Assembly: GCA_032718475.1 (NCBI GenBank)
Contig: JAUCBJ010002970.1
Location: 1-32,180 of the forward strand
Direction: 5' to 3'
Origin: Nemertoderma westbladi
Lineage: Eukaryota > Animalia > Xenacoelomorpha
Length of the DNA stretch: 32,180 bases
The notes beneath the pieces are model-generated. The model had not been told where the DNA came from, did no database searches, and worked only from the letters and a program-made list of their open reading frames with translations. This document shows, one piece after another, positions 10,515 through 22,200 of this stretch (within the stretch, counting starts at the first letter, position 1; every line of letters begins with the position of its first letter). A program made the translations under genes and the position numbers.

Positions 10515-13500
10515 CTATGGGTATAAATCATCGAGACGAGAGTTATTATTTCTACAGTTCATCAAGACGCAGCTGCAGCACACCGACCAGCTACAGCTAT
10601 ATGCCAAATGCAGTGTTAGCTCAACTTTTTGAGATTGATGTGGAAAGTCACCTACGACTTACTAACTTTCGAGGACTATATAATACATTTAACACCTCCA
10701 ATAAAAAGATATCTTCTTTCTTTGGGTCTTTACTGTGTGACCACTGGACAGACGAGGATAATAAAGACTCAATATTTACTCTTTATCAGATGTCCAGCTG
10801 GTATCATGACTTGCCACCACTGAATTCACTAGCTGTGCATAATTACTCCCCTCAACACTGCATTCAAAAACGGAAGAAAGAGTTGCAGCACCAAATCACT
10901 GATCATGATATGTTCCTCACGCTGATTAATCTATCTCTCCTCAACAGGCCAGACATACCTATGTCACTGAGAAAGGAGGTTTTGCAAGAGACTAATAAGA
11001 TGGTCTTGGTGGGCTTATAACTTCTGTTTTCGCTGGACATACTTATTTAGTTAACTGCACATTCATTTCAAGTAATATTTTAATGCAATTTTAATGTGAA
11101 TCCTTTTCAGCTAACTGCACATTTAATTCAGTTTAATATTTAAATGCAATTTTGATGTGAACCGTTTATTGTGGTTCTCTTTTACTAATTATGACTCTAA
11201 TATAGCCGCCGGGGCGCAAGCCGGATAATAATAATAATAACAGGGAATATCAATTGAGTAGTGTTTAATGAAGTACCTCCAAAATAAATCGATCAGACGA
11301 GATTTAAGCCCTACATGGTTTGTGAAATTGATTCGATTAGGTAATACATTTGCAATGTAAGGTACTCGGAACCAAAAGTTTTGTTCTGACTTGCATTTCT
11401 TCGGCCGCACAACATTAAATAAAATCCGATCATTTGAACGAGTATTTTGGTTTGATGGTCTGCTTAGTTTGAGGTGTTCTTCCCAGTTGATATCGCATTT
11501 TCCAGCGATAATCTTCGACAGCGTCATCAAATCTAAGAGTTGTAGGTAGAGAGAAAGGGGGAGTATGTTAAGTGATTTGAGCCGATCTGTGTAGGTCGAT
11601 TCATTATCTCGTAGTATCCAGATAGTGGCACGTCGTTGTAGACTCTCTATACGTGATAGGTCGTGTTTATTTGGAGACCAACATGGTGATGCATAGGTTA
11701 TTATCGGTAGAATCATAGATTTGTACATATTTAATTTCGATAGAGCGGTAAGATTTGATGCACAGTTACGTTTTATTAGTTGGAAGGCCATGTTTCCTTT
11801 ACTGCATTTTTCAGTTACGTGTGCGGTCCAGGTAATATTCGATGAGAAGGTGACTCCCAGATCTTTTTCTGAGGTGGTTCGTTCTATCGGATGGCTATTA
11901 ATAAATTTTACGTTGGACTGCCCTTGAAAGATAAGTTGTTTACATTTGCTGATATTAAATTCAAGACCGTTACTTTGACCCCAGACTGATAATTTATTTA
12001 AATCGTCTTGTATTTGTGGGGGATTGGTTGTCGGATATATGGAAACAAGTTTGCAATCGTCAGCGAGTAGATAAGGGTCTGTTTGTGTGCAAATGTTCGG
12101 TAGGTCATTCGATTCTACTAAGAATAACAATGTTGCTAGAATACTTCCTTGCGGAGTCCCGCTGTCAACATCTTTAGTTTTTGACACTGCATCCACAACT
12201 TTCACTGATTGAGTTCTATCTGATAAGATAGCTACGTATCATTTCCCATAGTTTTCCCCGAATTCCTAATTTCCATAACTTTAGTGGCACCGAACTATGA
12301 GATATTGAGTCAAAAGCCTTTTGAAAGTCTAGATAAATTATTTATATTGTTGAATCATTATTTTCTATAGCGTGATATATTTTATCTAAAACCACAAGCA
12401 GTTGAAGAACAGGTGAGCGGCCTTTTCTAAAACCATACTGAGCGCGATGATAAAGTGGACGAAGATGGCTGTAAATTGGCATGTAGATACATCGTTCTAG
12501 AATTTTCGAGGGGATGGCAAGTAAAGATATTGGACGGTAAAGCGGTACTGGAGTTCTATTGCCCTTCTTATGTCGTGGTGATATTGATGCATGTTTCCAT
12601 TCTCGTGGAAAGTAACAGTTGTCTTTAAACACCAAAAATAATGCAGCTAAAGATGGTGCTAGTTGTACTTTTAATTGTTGGAGGAAATGTGGTGGTAAGT
12701 TATCGGGGCCTCTGGCTTTGGTAACATTTAGTGATGTTAGGAGTAGTTGTACAGTGGATACAGACACATCGTAGTCGTCAATAAAATTATCATGGTAGGG
12801 ATCCTCAGTGGGGGATAATGTTGGAGGAGTAATTGATGCTGTTTTTATTGCTGGCTTTTTGTAAACTGAGTGGAAGAATTCGGAAAAATGGTCAGCTTGT
12901 TCTGCCGGTGTACATGCGGTATACCCATTATAAGTTACAAGAGGTGGTATTGCACTGGTGTTTCGTAAAGATTTGAAGTATTTATAGAGTTGTTGCATAG
13001 AGCGACTACTGGCTAGTTTGCATTCATGTTGAGCCTGGTCAGTTTCTAGATCCGTATTTATTTCGTGTTCCATATTTCGTAGTTTATTCAATAGAGATGG
13101 TGGTGGCTTTTTGTGTTCGGGGTATTTGTTAACTCTGCGTTTCAATGTTTCCAGTTTGTGTAATTTGTGTGAGGTGTGTTGGGTAACCCATGGTGGTAAG
13201 ATTGAGCGATGGAGAGTTCGTCTTGGTACGCTAGCTTCAATTATTTTTCCAATCCATTCGTACCATCTTGTGAGTAAATTATCTAGGTCTTCTATTGTAT
13301 GGGGTCCAACCATTACGCTGAAGGGGTTCTTTGTGCAGATGGTTGTGGCAACACCCACATCAAGTTTACAGAAACTATGACGATTAGTTGAGTTAATGGT
13401 GGGAACACGTTTTGGTGTTGCATTTAGTATGACTTGTACTGGATGGTGGTCGGATTTACAATTAGTTTTCAAATAATTATAGCCTTCGAAAAATGAATTT

Positions 13501-14162
13501 ACATCCACAATTAGGTTATTAGAGTTCGAAAGCAATATGTCTAGCGTATTTGTACCTCTCGTGGGGAATGTAACGTATTGTTTAAAATTAAATTCATCAA
13601 AAATATTTAAAAATGCACTTTCATATGGATCCCTAGAAAAAAATGAGTCCCAATGCACATTAGGCAGATTCAAGTCACCACAAATAATTAAATCATTGAG
13701 ATTTATTTCCCAGTTTTTGATTATGTTAAAAAGAATAATAAAATTAGATATTGGAATACGATATATACTTTCACTTGGGGGATTGTATATACATACAAGC
13801 CCTATTTTCCTATTGTTTAAAATACAAGTACAAGCACAAACGGCATTGGTTAAGAGATTAAAATTATCGGATAGCTCATCCTTGATGTTTAGTGTGGTAT
13901 ATGGTATACCGGATTTGATAGCGATTAAAGCACCACCATGTGAGGATACACCATCGGGTTTACCTGGTCGTTCTGCACGAACTAAGTTATATTTACTGAG
14001 AAAAAGTACCCTATTATTAAAATCTGGTGTTAACCATGTTTCACATAAACACACGAAATTATAATCTAACGTGAGTAGAGTATTTGCGAGGTTCTTTCGT
14101 TTATCTAGCCGAATAATACCTTGTGTGTTATATATAAGTAAGTCCGATCTATGGGTGTTCAT
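10515..14162 (-). pseudogene. LINE ORF2 (APE endonuclease + reverse transcriptase), disrupted
   Basis: APE motifs YNTQG, CLCETWL, GDLN, TLDILL, SDHHPV. RT motifs YRPISLL, QYGFR, YLDFQKAFD, PQGS, LADD, EKDLGV. In-frame TAA at 12342-12344, frameshift near 12225, insertion at 10597-11239. The Cys-rich end IPC|SWSVCCSCVLMNC...YP* resumes at 10595-10515. Confidence 0.92.
10597..11239 (+). mobile_element. 5'-truncated non-LTR retroelement nested in LINE ORF2 in opposite orientation, (ATA)n tail
   Basis: ACAG is duplicated at 10593-10596 and 11240-11243, and removing the insert restores ORF2 I-P-C-S-W. Open frame to TAA at 11020, a duplicated ~50-bp segment in the 3' UTR, a GC hairpin CCGG...CCGG, then (ATA)5. 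Confidence 0.8.
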
Positions 14163-14171
14163 GTTTGAGTT

Positions 14172-14778
14172 TGACCCGCTGGGTGCCATGGGTCTGCACG
14201 TAGGGAACAGAGATCCGCTGCGTGCCGTGGTTCTGGATGAGGGTCCGGAGAAGACCCGCTGGGTGCTGTGGGTCTGGACGCAGGGACCTGAGACCCGCCG
14301 GGTGCCGTGGGTCTGGACGCAGGGAACGGAGACCCACTGGGTGCCGTGGGTCTACATGCAGGGACTGGAGACCCGCCGGGTGCCGTGGGTCTACACGCAG
14401 GGAACGGAGACCCCCTGGGTGCCGTGGGTCTACACACAGGGAACGGAGACTCGCTGGGTGCCGTGGGTCTACACGCAGGGACCGGAGACCCGCCGGGTGC
14501 CGTGGGTCTGCACGCAGGGAACGGAGACTCGCTGGGTGCCGTGGGTCTACACGCAGGGACCGGAGACCCGCCGAGTGACGTGGGTCTGCATGCAGGGAAC
14601 GGAGACCCGCCGGGTGCCGTGGGTCCAGACGCAGGAACTGGAGACTCGCTGGGTGCCGTGGGTCTACATGCAGGGACCGGAGACCCGCCGGGTGCCGTGG
14701 GTCTACACGCAGGGAACGGAGACCCGCTGGGTGCTGTGGGTCTGGATGCAGGAACCGGAGACCCGCTGGGTGCCGTGT
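14172..14778. repeat. GC-rich 39-bp tandem array (about 15 units) between LINE ORF1 and ORF2, encoding PTAPGGSPVPACR-like repeats in the ORF1 frame
   Basis: Unit GAGACCCGCCGGGTGCCGTGGGTCTACACGCAGGGAMCG with an internal AGACCC/GGGTCT inverted repeat. Confidence 0.93.
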
Positions 14779-14800
14779 GTCTTGTTATTGGATTATATAG

Positions 14801-16120
14801 TCATTCTATATTTATTACCTGTGATTGAGATGGATTTGTTGTAGTTGGGGATATATTACAGGAGGTACTAAATGAAGATGAGTCAGATCTGTAGAATGTT
14901 CGTTGTCTATGTAAACATTGATCGTTGGTTAGCCGAGCTGTGTTCATGGTTTTTCCTAGATTGTTAATAGATGCCGAGTCAACCACTTCGTTTCGGTAGA
15001 TGACCCAGCGTTTATCTGGGTGACTAGATTGCATCGCACGCCTTTCCTGTCGTAAGTCATATTGCAGACGACTTTCTTCTGGTGTGAGATCTAACGATAT
15101 ATATATGTGGTTATATCTTTGTGATTTACATAAATCACGAGCTTTCTGTAGTAGTTTAGCTCGCTTTTCTGGGGGTAATGTAACTACTACGGGTTGCGAG
15201 TTGTTTTCTCGTAGTTTCCCCACACGTTTAAAGTTTATATCGTTCTCTTCTAGTGTGACATTGAGAGTAGAGGCGATGTCGATAATAAGATCTTTGTCAT
15301 TATCTTGCGGACTGGAACCGGATATAACGATGTTTGATCTGCGTTTATTTTGTTCAGATTCTTCGTGTTTTAATTGCCGTGTTAGTATAGCAAGGTTTGT
15401 TGTATTGTTTGGTTTTTTGCAGCGGGAATATGACACGTTTTTCCATGGCCAAGCTTCATTACTTGTTGTATCACCATTAGTAGTCGTATTTTCAGTCGTG
15501 CGATTACTGGCAGCGGATTTTAAATCTTCGAGTTCTAGGTCTATATCATCGTGTTTCTTTTGTAGCTCTTCGATGTTACTTTCTGTCTCAACCCTAAGGT
15601 TCTTGAAAGCATTCTCCATAGCTCGTCTATTATCTTTGATCTGTACCTCCAAGATCTTAGATCGAGAATCGTAGTCATTTACTTGTCCGTGGAGTTTTGT
15701 TATATTGTGGTCTACTCGCAGTTCCAAGGCTTCCATTTCCTTTGATAAATTAGATAAACGACAACCAACACATTTTCCGCAGTAGAAGTCGATGCGACCA
15801 AAATCCGTCCCTATCTTTACGATGCAAATCATCGATACATCGCAATTGGAGCCAGAGCAACTCACCTCAATCTCAGTTAGTCCATCGTCACTATTTGCTG
15901 TGGGATCCACTACCGATTTAGTAGTTGCTGTGACCAAATTTGACGATTTCCCGCTTATCCTTTTGTTTTCTTCTTTTGATTGTTTGTGTAGTTGAGATTT
16001 CGGCTCGTTTATATTGGGGTTCCCAGCTGCAACTCCAATGCTGAGACGACGAGAAGATAAGGACATACTTTGACGATGGTTGTCATCGCTGTTATTGTTT
16101 CTTTTCCGCTGCGACGACAT
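14801..16120 (-). CDS. LINE ORF1 protein (Cys-rich region, coiled coil, RRM/L1-ORF1-like C-terminal part)
   Basis: First ATG (MSSQRKR) at 16120. Cys cluster CSGSNC...FYCGKCVGC, heptad-rich region, and RRSNIVISG, RVGK, PVVVTL, IYISLDLT motifs typical of CR1/L2 ORF1. Confidence 0.85.
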   Translation of the reverse strand: MSSQRKRNNNSDDNHRQSMSLSSRRLSIGVAAGNPNINEPKSQLHKQSKEENKRISGKSSNLVTATTKSVVDPTANSDDGLTEIEVSCSGSNCDVSMICIVKIGTDFGRIDFYCGKCVGCRLSNLSKEMEALELRVDHNITKLHGQVNDYDSRSKILEVQIKDNRRAMENAFKNLRVETESNIEELQKKHDDIDLELEDLKSAASNRTTENTTTNGDTTSNEAWPWKNVSYSRCKKPNNTTNLAILTRQLKHEESEQNKRRSNIVISGSSPQDNDKDLIIDIASTLNVTLEENDINFKRVGKLRENNSQPVVVTLPPEKRAKLLQKARDLCKSQRYNHIYISLDLTPEESRLQYDLRQERRAMQSSHPDKRWVIYRNEVVDSASINNLGKTMNTARLTNDQCLHRQRTFYRSDSSSFSTSCNISPTTTNPSQSQVINIE

Positions 16121-16258
16121 TCTTAAAGTAGTAGATACTAATCCAGATCGGCCCAAAGGGTGCCAGATATAAATTAATTTGTAGTACCGGTAAATCAAAT
16201 AAAAAGTTGCAAAGGTTTCAGTGAATGTCAGAATGTCAAAAAAATTGAAGTGAAATAG

Positions 16259-19200
16259 GATAACTTACCTCAGCAATAAGTTGATTCTATTAGATTTATA
16301 TTAATAACTTACCTCAGCAATAAGTTGATTATATTAGATTTCTATTAGATAACTTACCTCAGCAATAAGTTGATTCTTTTAGATTTCTATTAATAACTTA
16401 CCTCAGCAATAAGTTGATTCTATTAGATTTCTATTAGATAACTTAACTCAGAAATAAATTGATTTTATTAGATTTCTATTAATAACTTACCTCAGCAATA
16501 AGTGGATTCTATTAGATTTATATTAATAACTTACCTCAGCAATAAGTTGATTATATTAGATTTGTATTAGATAACTTACCTCAGCAATAAGTTGATTCTT
16601 TTAGATTTATATTAATAACTTACCTCAGCAATAAGTTGATTATATTAGATTTATTTTAATAACTTACCTCAGCAATAAGTTGATTCTTTTAGATTTCTAT
16701 TAATAACTTACCTCAGCAATAAGTTGATTCTATTAGATAACTTACCTCAGCAATAAGTTGATTCTATTAGATTTATATTAATAACTTACCTCAGCAATAA
16801 GTTTATTATATTAGATTTCTATTAGATAACTTACCTCAGCAATAAGTTGTTTTTTTTAGATTTCTATTAATAGCTTACCTCAGCAATAAGTTGATTCTAT
16901 TAGATTTCTATTAGATAACTTAACTCAGAAATAAATTGATTTTATTAGATTTCTATTAATAACTTACATAAGCAATAAGTTGATTCTAATAGATTTCTAT
17001 TAATAACTACCTCAGCAATAAGTTGATTTTATTAGATAACTTACCTCAGCAATTGATTCTAATAGATTTATATTAATAACTTACCTCAGCAATAAGTTGA
17101 TTCTAATAGATTTATATTAATAACTACCTCAGCAATAAGTTGATTTTATTAGATAACTTACCTCAGCAATAAGTTGATTCTAATAGATTTCTATTAATAA
17201 CTTACCTCAGCAATAAGTTGATTCTAATAGATTTCTATTAATAACTTACCTCAGCAATAAGTTGATTCTATTAGATAACTTACCTCAGCAATAAGTTGAT
17301 TCTAATAGATTTATATTAATAACTACCTCAGCAATAAGCTGATTTTATTAGATAACTTACCTCAGCAATAAGTTGATTCTAATAGATTTCTATTAATAAC
17401 TTACCTCAGCAATAAGTTGATTCTAATAGATTTCTATTAATAACTACCTCAGCAATAAGTTGATTTTATTAGATAACTTACCTCAGCAATAAGTTGATTT
17501 TATTAGATAACTTACCTCAGCAATTGATTCTAATAGATTTATATTACCTCAGCAATAAGTTGATTCTAATAGATTTCTATTAATAACTTACCTCAGCAAT
17601 AAGTTGATTCTAATAGATTTCTATTAATAACTACCTCAGCAATAAGTTGATTTTATTAGATAACTTACCTCAGCAATAAGTTGATTCTAATAGATTTCTA
17701 TTAATAACTTACCTCAGCAATAAGTTGATTCTAATAGATTTCTATTAATAACTTACATAAGCAATAAGTTGATTCTAATAGATTTCTATTAATAACTACC
17801 TCAGCAATAAGTTGATTTTATTAGATAACTTACCTCAGCAATTGATTCTAATAGATTTATATTAATAACTTACCTCAGCAATAAGTTGATTCTAATAGAT
17901 TTCTATTAATAACTACCTCAGCAATAAGTTGATTTTATTAGATAACTTACCTCAGCAATTGATTCTAATAGATTTATATTAATAACTTACCTCAGCAATA
18001 AGTTGATTCTAATAGATTTCTATTAATAACTACCTCAGCAATAAGTTGATTCTATTAGATAACTTACCTCAGCAATAAGTTGATTCTAATAGATTTATAT
18101 TAATAACTACCTCAGCAATAAGTTGATTTTATTAAATAACTTACCTCAGCAATAAGTTGATTCTAATAGATATCTATTAATAACTTACCTCAGCAATAAG
18201 TTGATTCTAATAGATTTATATTAATAACTACCTCAGCAATAAGTTGATTTTATTAGATAACTTACCTCAGCAATAAGTTGATTCTAATAGATTTATATTA
18301 ATAACTACCTCAGCAATAAGTTGATTTTATTAGATAACTTACCTCAGCAATAAGTTGATTTTATTAGATAACTTACCTCAGCAATAAGTTGATTCTAATA
18401 GATTTATATTAATAACTACCTCAGCAATAAGTTGATTTTATTAGATAACTTACCTCAGCAATAAGTTGATTCTAATAGATTTATATTAATAACTACCTCA
18501 GCAATAAGTTGATTTTATTAGATAACTTACCTCAGCAATAAGTTGATTCTAATATATTTATATTAATAACTACCTCAGCAATAAGTTGATTTTATTAGAT
18601 AACTTAACTCAGCAATAAGTTGATTCTATTAGATTTATATTAATAACTTACCTCAGCAATAAGTTGATTCTAATAGATTTCTATTAATAACTTACCTCAG
18701 CAATAAGTTGATTCTATTAGATTTATTTTAATAACTTACCTCAGCAATAAGTTGATTCTATTAGATTTATATTAATAACTTACCTCAGCAATAAGTTGAT
18801 TCTAATAGATTTCTATTAATAACTTACCTCAGCAATAAGTTGATTCTAATAGATTTATATTAATAACTACCTCAGCAATAAGTTGATTTTATTAGATAAC
18901 TTACCTCAGCAATAAGTTGATTTTATTAGATAACTTACCTCAGCAATTGATTCTAATAGATTTATATTAATAACTTACCTCAACAATAAGTTGATTCTAA
19001 TAGATTTCTATTAATAACTACCTCAGCAATAAGTTGATTTTATTAGATAACTTACCTCAGCAATAAGTTGATTTTATTAGATAACTTACCTCAGCAATTG
19101 ATTCTAATAGATTTATATTAATAACTTACCTCAGCAATAAGTTGATTCTAATAGATTTCTATTAATAACTTACCTCAGCAATAAGTTGATTCTAATAGAT

Positions 19201-22200
19201 TTCTATTAATAACTTACCTCAGCAATAAGTTGATTCTATTAGATAACTTACCTCAGCAATAAGTTGATTTTATTAGATAACTTACCTCGGCAATAAGTTG
19301 ATTCTATATGATTTCTATTAATAACTTACCTCAGCAATAAGTTGATTCTATTAGATTTATATTAATAACTTACCTCAGCAATAAGTTGATTCTAATAGAT
19401 TTCTATTAATAACTTACCTCAGCAATAAGTTGATTCTAATAGATTTATATTAATAACTACCTCAAGTTGATTTTATTAGATAACTTACCTCAGCAATAAG
19501 TTGATTCTAATAGATTTCTATTAATAACTTACCTCAGCAATAAGTTGATTCTAATAGATTTATATTAATAACTACCTCAGCAATAAGTTGATTTTATTAG
19601 ATAACTTACCTCAGCAATAAGTTGATTTTATTAGATAACTTACCTCAGCAATTGATTCTAATAGATTTATATATTAATAACTTACCTCAGCAAAAAGTTG
19701 ATTCTAATAGATTTCTATTAATAACTTACCTCAGCAATAAGTCGATTTTATTAGATAACTTACCTCAGCAATAAATTGATTCTATATGATTTCTATTAAT
19801 AACTTACCTCAGCAATAAGTTGATTCTAATAGATTTCTATTAATAACTTACCTCAGCAATAAGTTGATTTTATTAGATAACTTACCTCAGCAATAAGTTG
19901 ATTCTAATAGATTTATATTAATAACTTACCTCAGCAATAAGTTGATTTTATTAGATAACTTACCTCAGCAATAAGTTGATTTTATTAGATAACTTACCTC
20001 AGCAATTGATTCTAATAGATTTATATTAATAACTTACCTCAGCAATAAGTTGATTCTAATAGATTTCTATTAATAACTTACCTCAGCAATAAGTTGATTT
20101 TATTAGATAACTTACCTCAGCAATTGATTCTAATAGATTTATATTAATAACTTACCTCAGCAATAAGTTGATTCTCATAGATTTCTATTAATAACTTACC
20201 TCAGCAATAAGTTGATTTTATTAGATAACTTACCTCAGTAATAAGTTGATTTTATTAGATAACTTACCTCAGCAATAAGTTGATTCTAATAGATTTATAT
20301 TAATAACTTACCACAGCAATAAGTTGATTCTAATAGATTTATATTAATAACTACCTCAGCAATAAGTTGATTTTATTAGATAACTTACCTCAGTAATAAG
20401 TTGATTCTATTAGATAACTTACCTCAGCAATAAGTTGATTCTAATAGATTTATATTAATAACTTACCACAGCAATAAGTTGATTCTAATAGATTTATATT
20501 AATAACTACCTCAGCAATAAGTTGATTTTATTAGATAACTTACCTCAGTAATAAGTTGATTTTATTAGATAACTTACCTCAGCAATAAGTTGATTCTAAT
20601 AGATTTATATTAATAACTTACCACAGCAATAAGTTGATTCTAATAGATTTATATTAATAACTACCTCAGCAATAAGTTGATTTTATTAGATAACTTACCT
20701 CAGTAATAAGTTGATTCTATTAGATAACTTACCTCAGCAATAAGTTGATTCTAATAGATTTATATTAATAACTTACCACAGCAATAAGTTGATTCTAATA
20801 GATTTATATTAATAACTACCTCAGCAATTAGTTGATTTTATTAGATAACTTACCTCAGTAATAAGTTGATTCTATTAGATAACTTACCTCAGCAATAAGT
20901 TGATTCTAATAGATTTATATTAATAACTTACCTCAGCAATAAGTTGATTCTAATAGATTTCTATTAATAACTTACCTCAGCAATAAGTTGATTCTAATAG
21001 ATTTCTATTAATAACTTACCTCAACAATAAGTTGATTCTATTAGATAACTTACCTCAGCAATAAGTTGATTCTAATAGATTTCTATTAATAACTTACCTC
21101 AGCAATAAGTTGATTCTAATAGATTTCTATTAATAACTTACCTCAGCAATAAGTTGATTCTAATAGATTTCTATTAATAACTTACCTCAACAATAAGTTG
21201 ATTCTATTAGATAACTTACCTCAGCAATAAGTTGATTCTAATAGATTTCTATTAATAACTTACCTCAGCAATAAGTTGATTTTATTAGATAACTTACCTC
21301 AGTAATAAGTTGATTCTAATAGATTTATATTAATAACTTACCTCCAGCAATAAGTTGATTCTATTAGATTTCTATTAATAACTTACCTCTGTAATAAGTT
21401 GATTTTATTAGATAACTTACCTCAGCAATAAGTTGATTTTATTAGATAACTTACCTCAGCAATAAGTTGATTTTATTAGATAACTTACCTCAGCAATAAG
21501 TTGATTTTATTAGATAACTTACCTCTGTAATAAGTTGATTCTATTTGATTTCTATAAGATAACTTACATCAGCAATAAGTTGATTCTATTAGATTTCTAT
21601 TACATAACTTACCTCAGGAATAAGTTGATTCTATTTGATTACTATAAGATAACTTACATCAGCAATAAGTTGATTCTATTAGATTTCTATCACATAACTT
21701 ACCTCAGGAATAAGTTGATTCTAATAGATTTATATTAATAACTTACCTCAGCAATAAGTTGATTTTATTAGATAACTTACCTCTGTAATAAGTTGATTCT
21801 ATTTGATTACTATAAGATAACTTACATCAGCAATAAGTTGATTTTATTAGATAACTTACCTCAGCAATAAGTTGATTTTATTAGATAACTTACCTCAGCA
21901 ATAAGTTGATTTTATTAGATAACTTACCTCTGTAATAAGTTGATTCTATTTGATTTCTATAAGATAACTTACATCAGCAATAAGTTGATTCTATTAGATT
22001 TCTATTACATAACTTACCTCAGGAATAAGTTGATTCTATTTGATTACTATAAGATAACTTACATCAGCAATAAGTTGATTCTATTAGATTTCTATCACAT
22101 AACTTACCTCAGGAATAAGTTGATTCTAATAGATTTATATTAATAACTTACCTCAGCAATAAGTTGATTTTATTAGATAACTTACCTCAGCAATAAGTTG

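Larger units (their letters stand above)
9998..16258 (-). mobile_element. Near full-length CR1/L2-group LINE (ORF1 + APE-RT ORF2) with (TAA)n tail, inserted into the satellite
   Basis: (TTA)10 at 9998-10027 is the 3' tail. ORF1 and ORF2 are on the minus strand. Satellite resumes in register at 16259 (possible 4-bp GATA duplication). Confidence 0.93.

Noticed and set aside
14071-14844. Plus-strand repetitive ORFs over the 39-bp array
   Set aside because: They are antisense to the LINE and open only because the GC-rich unit lacks stops.
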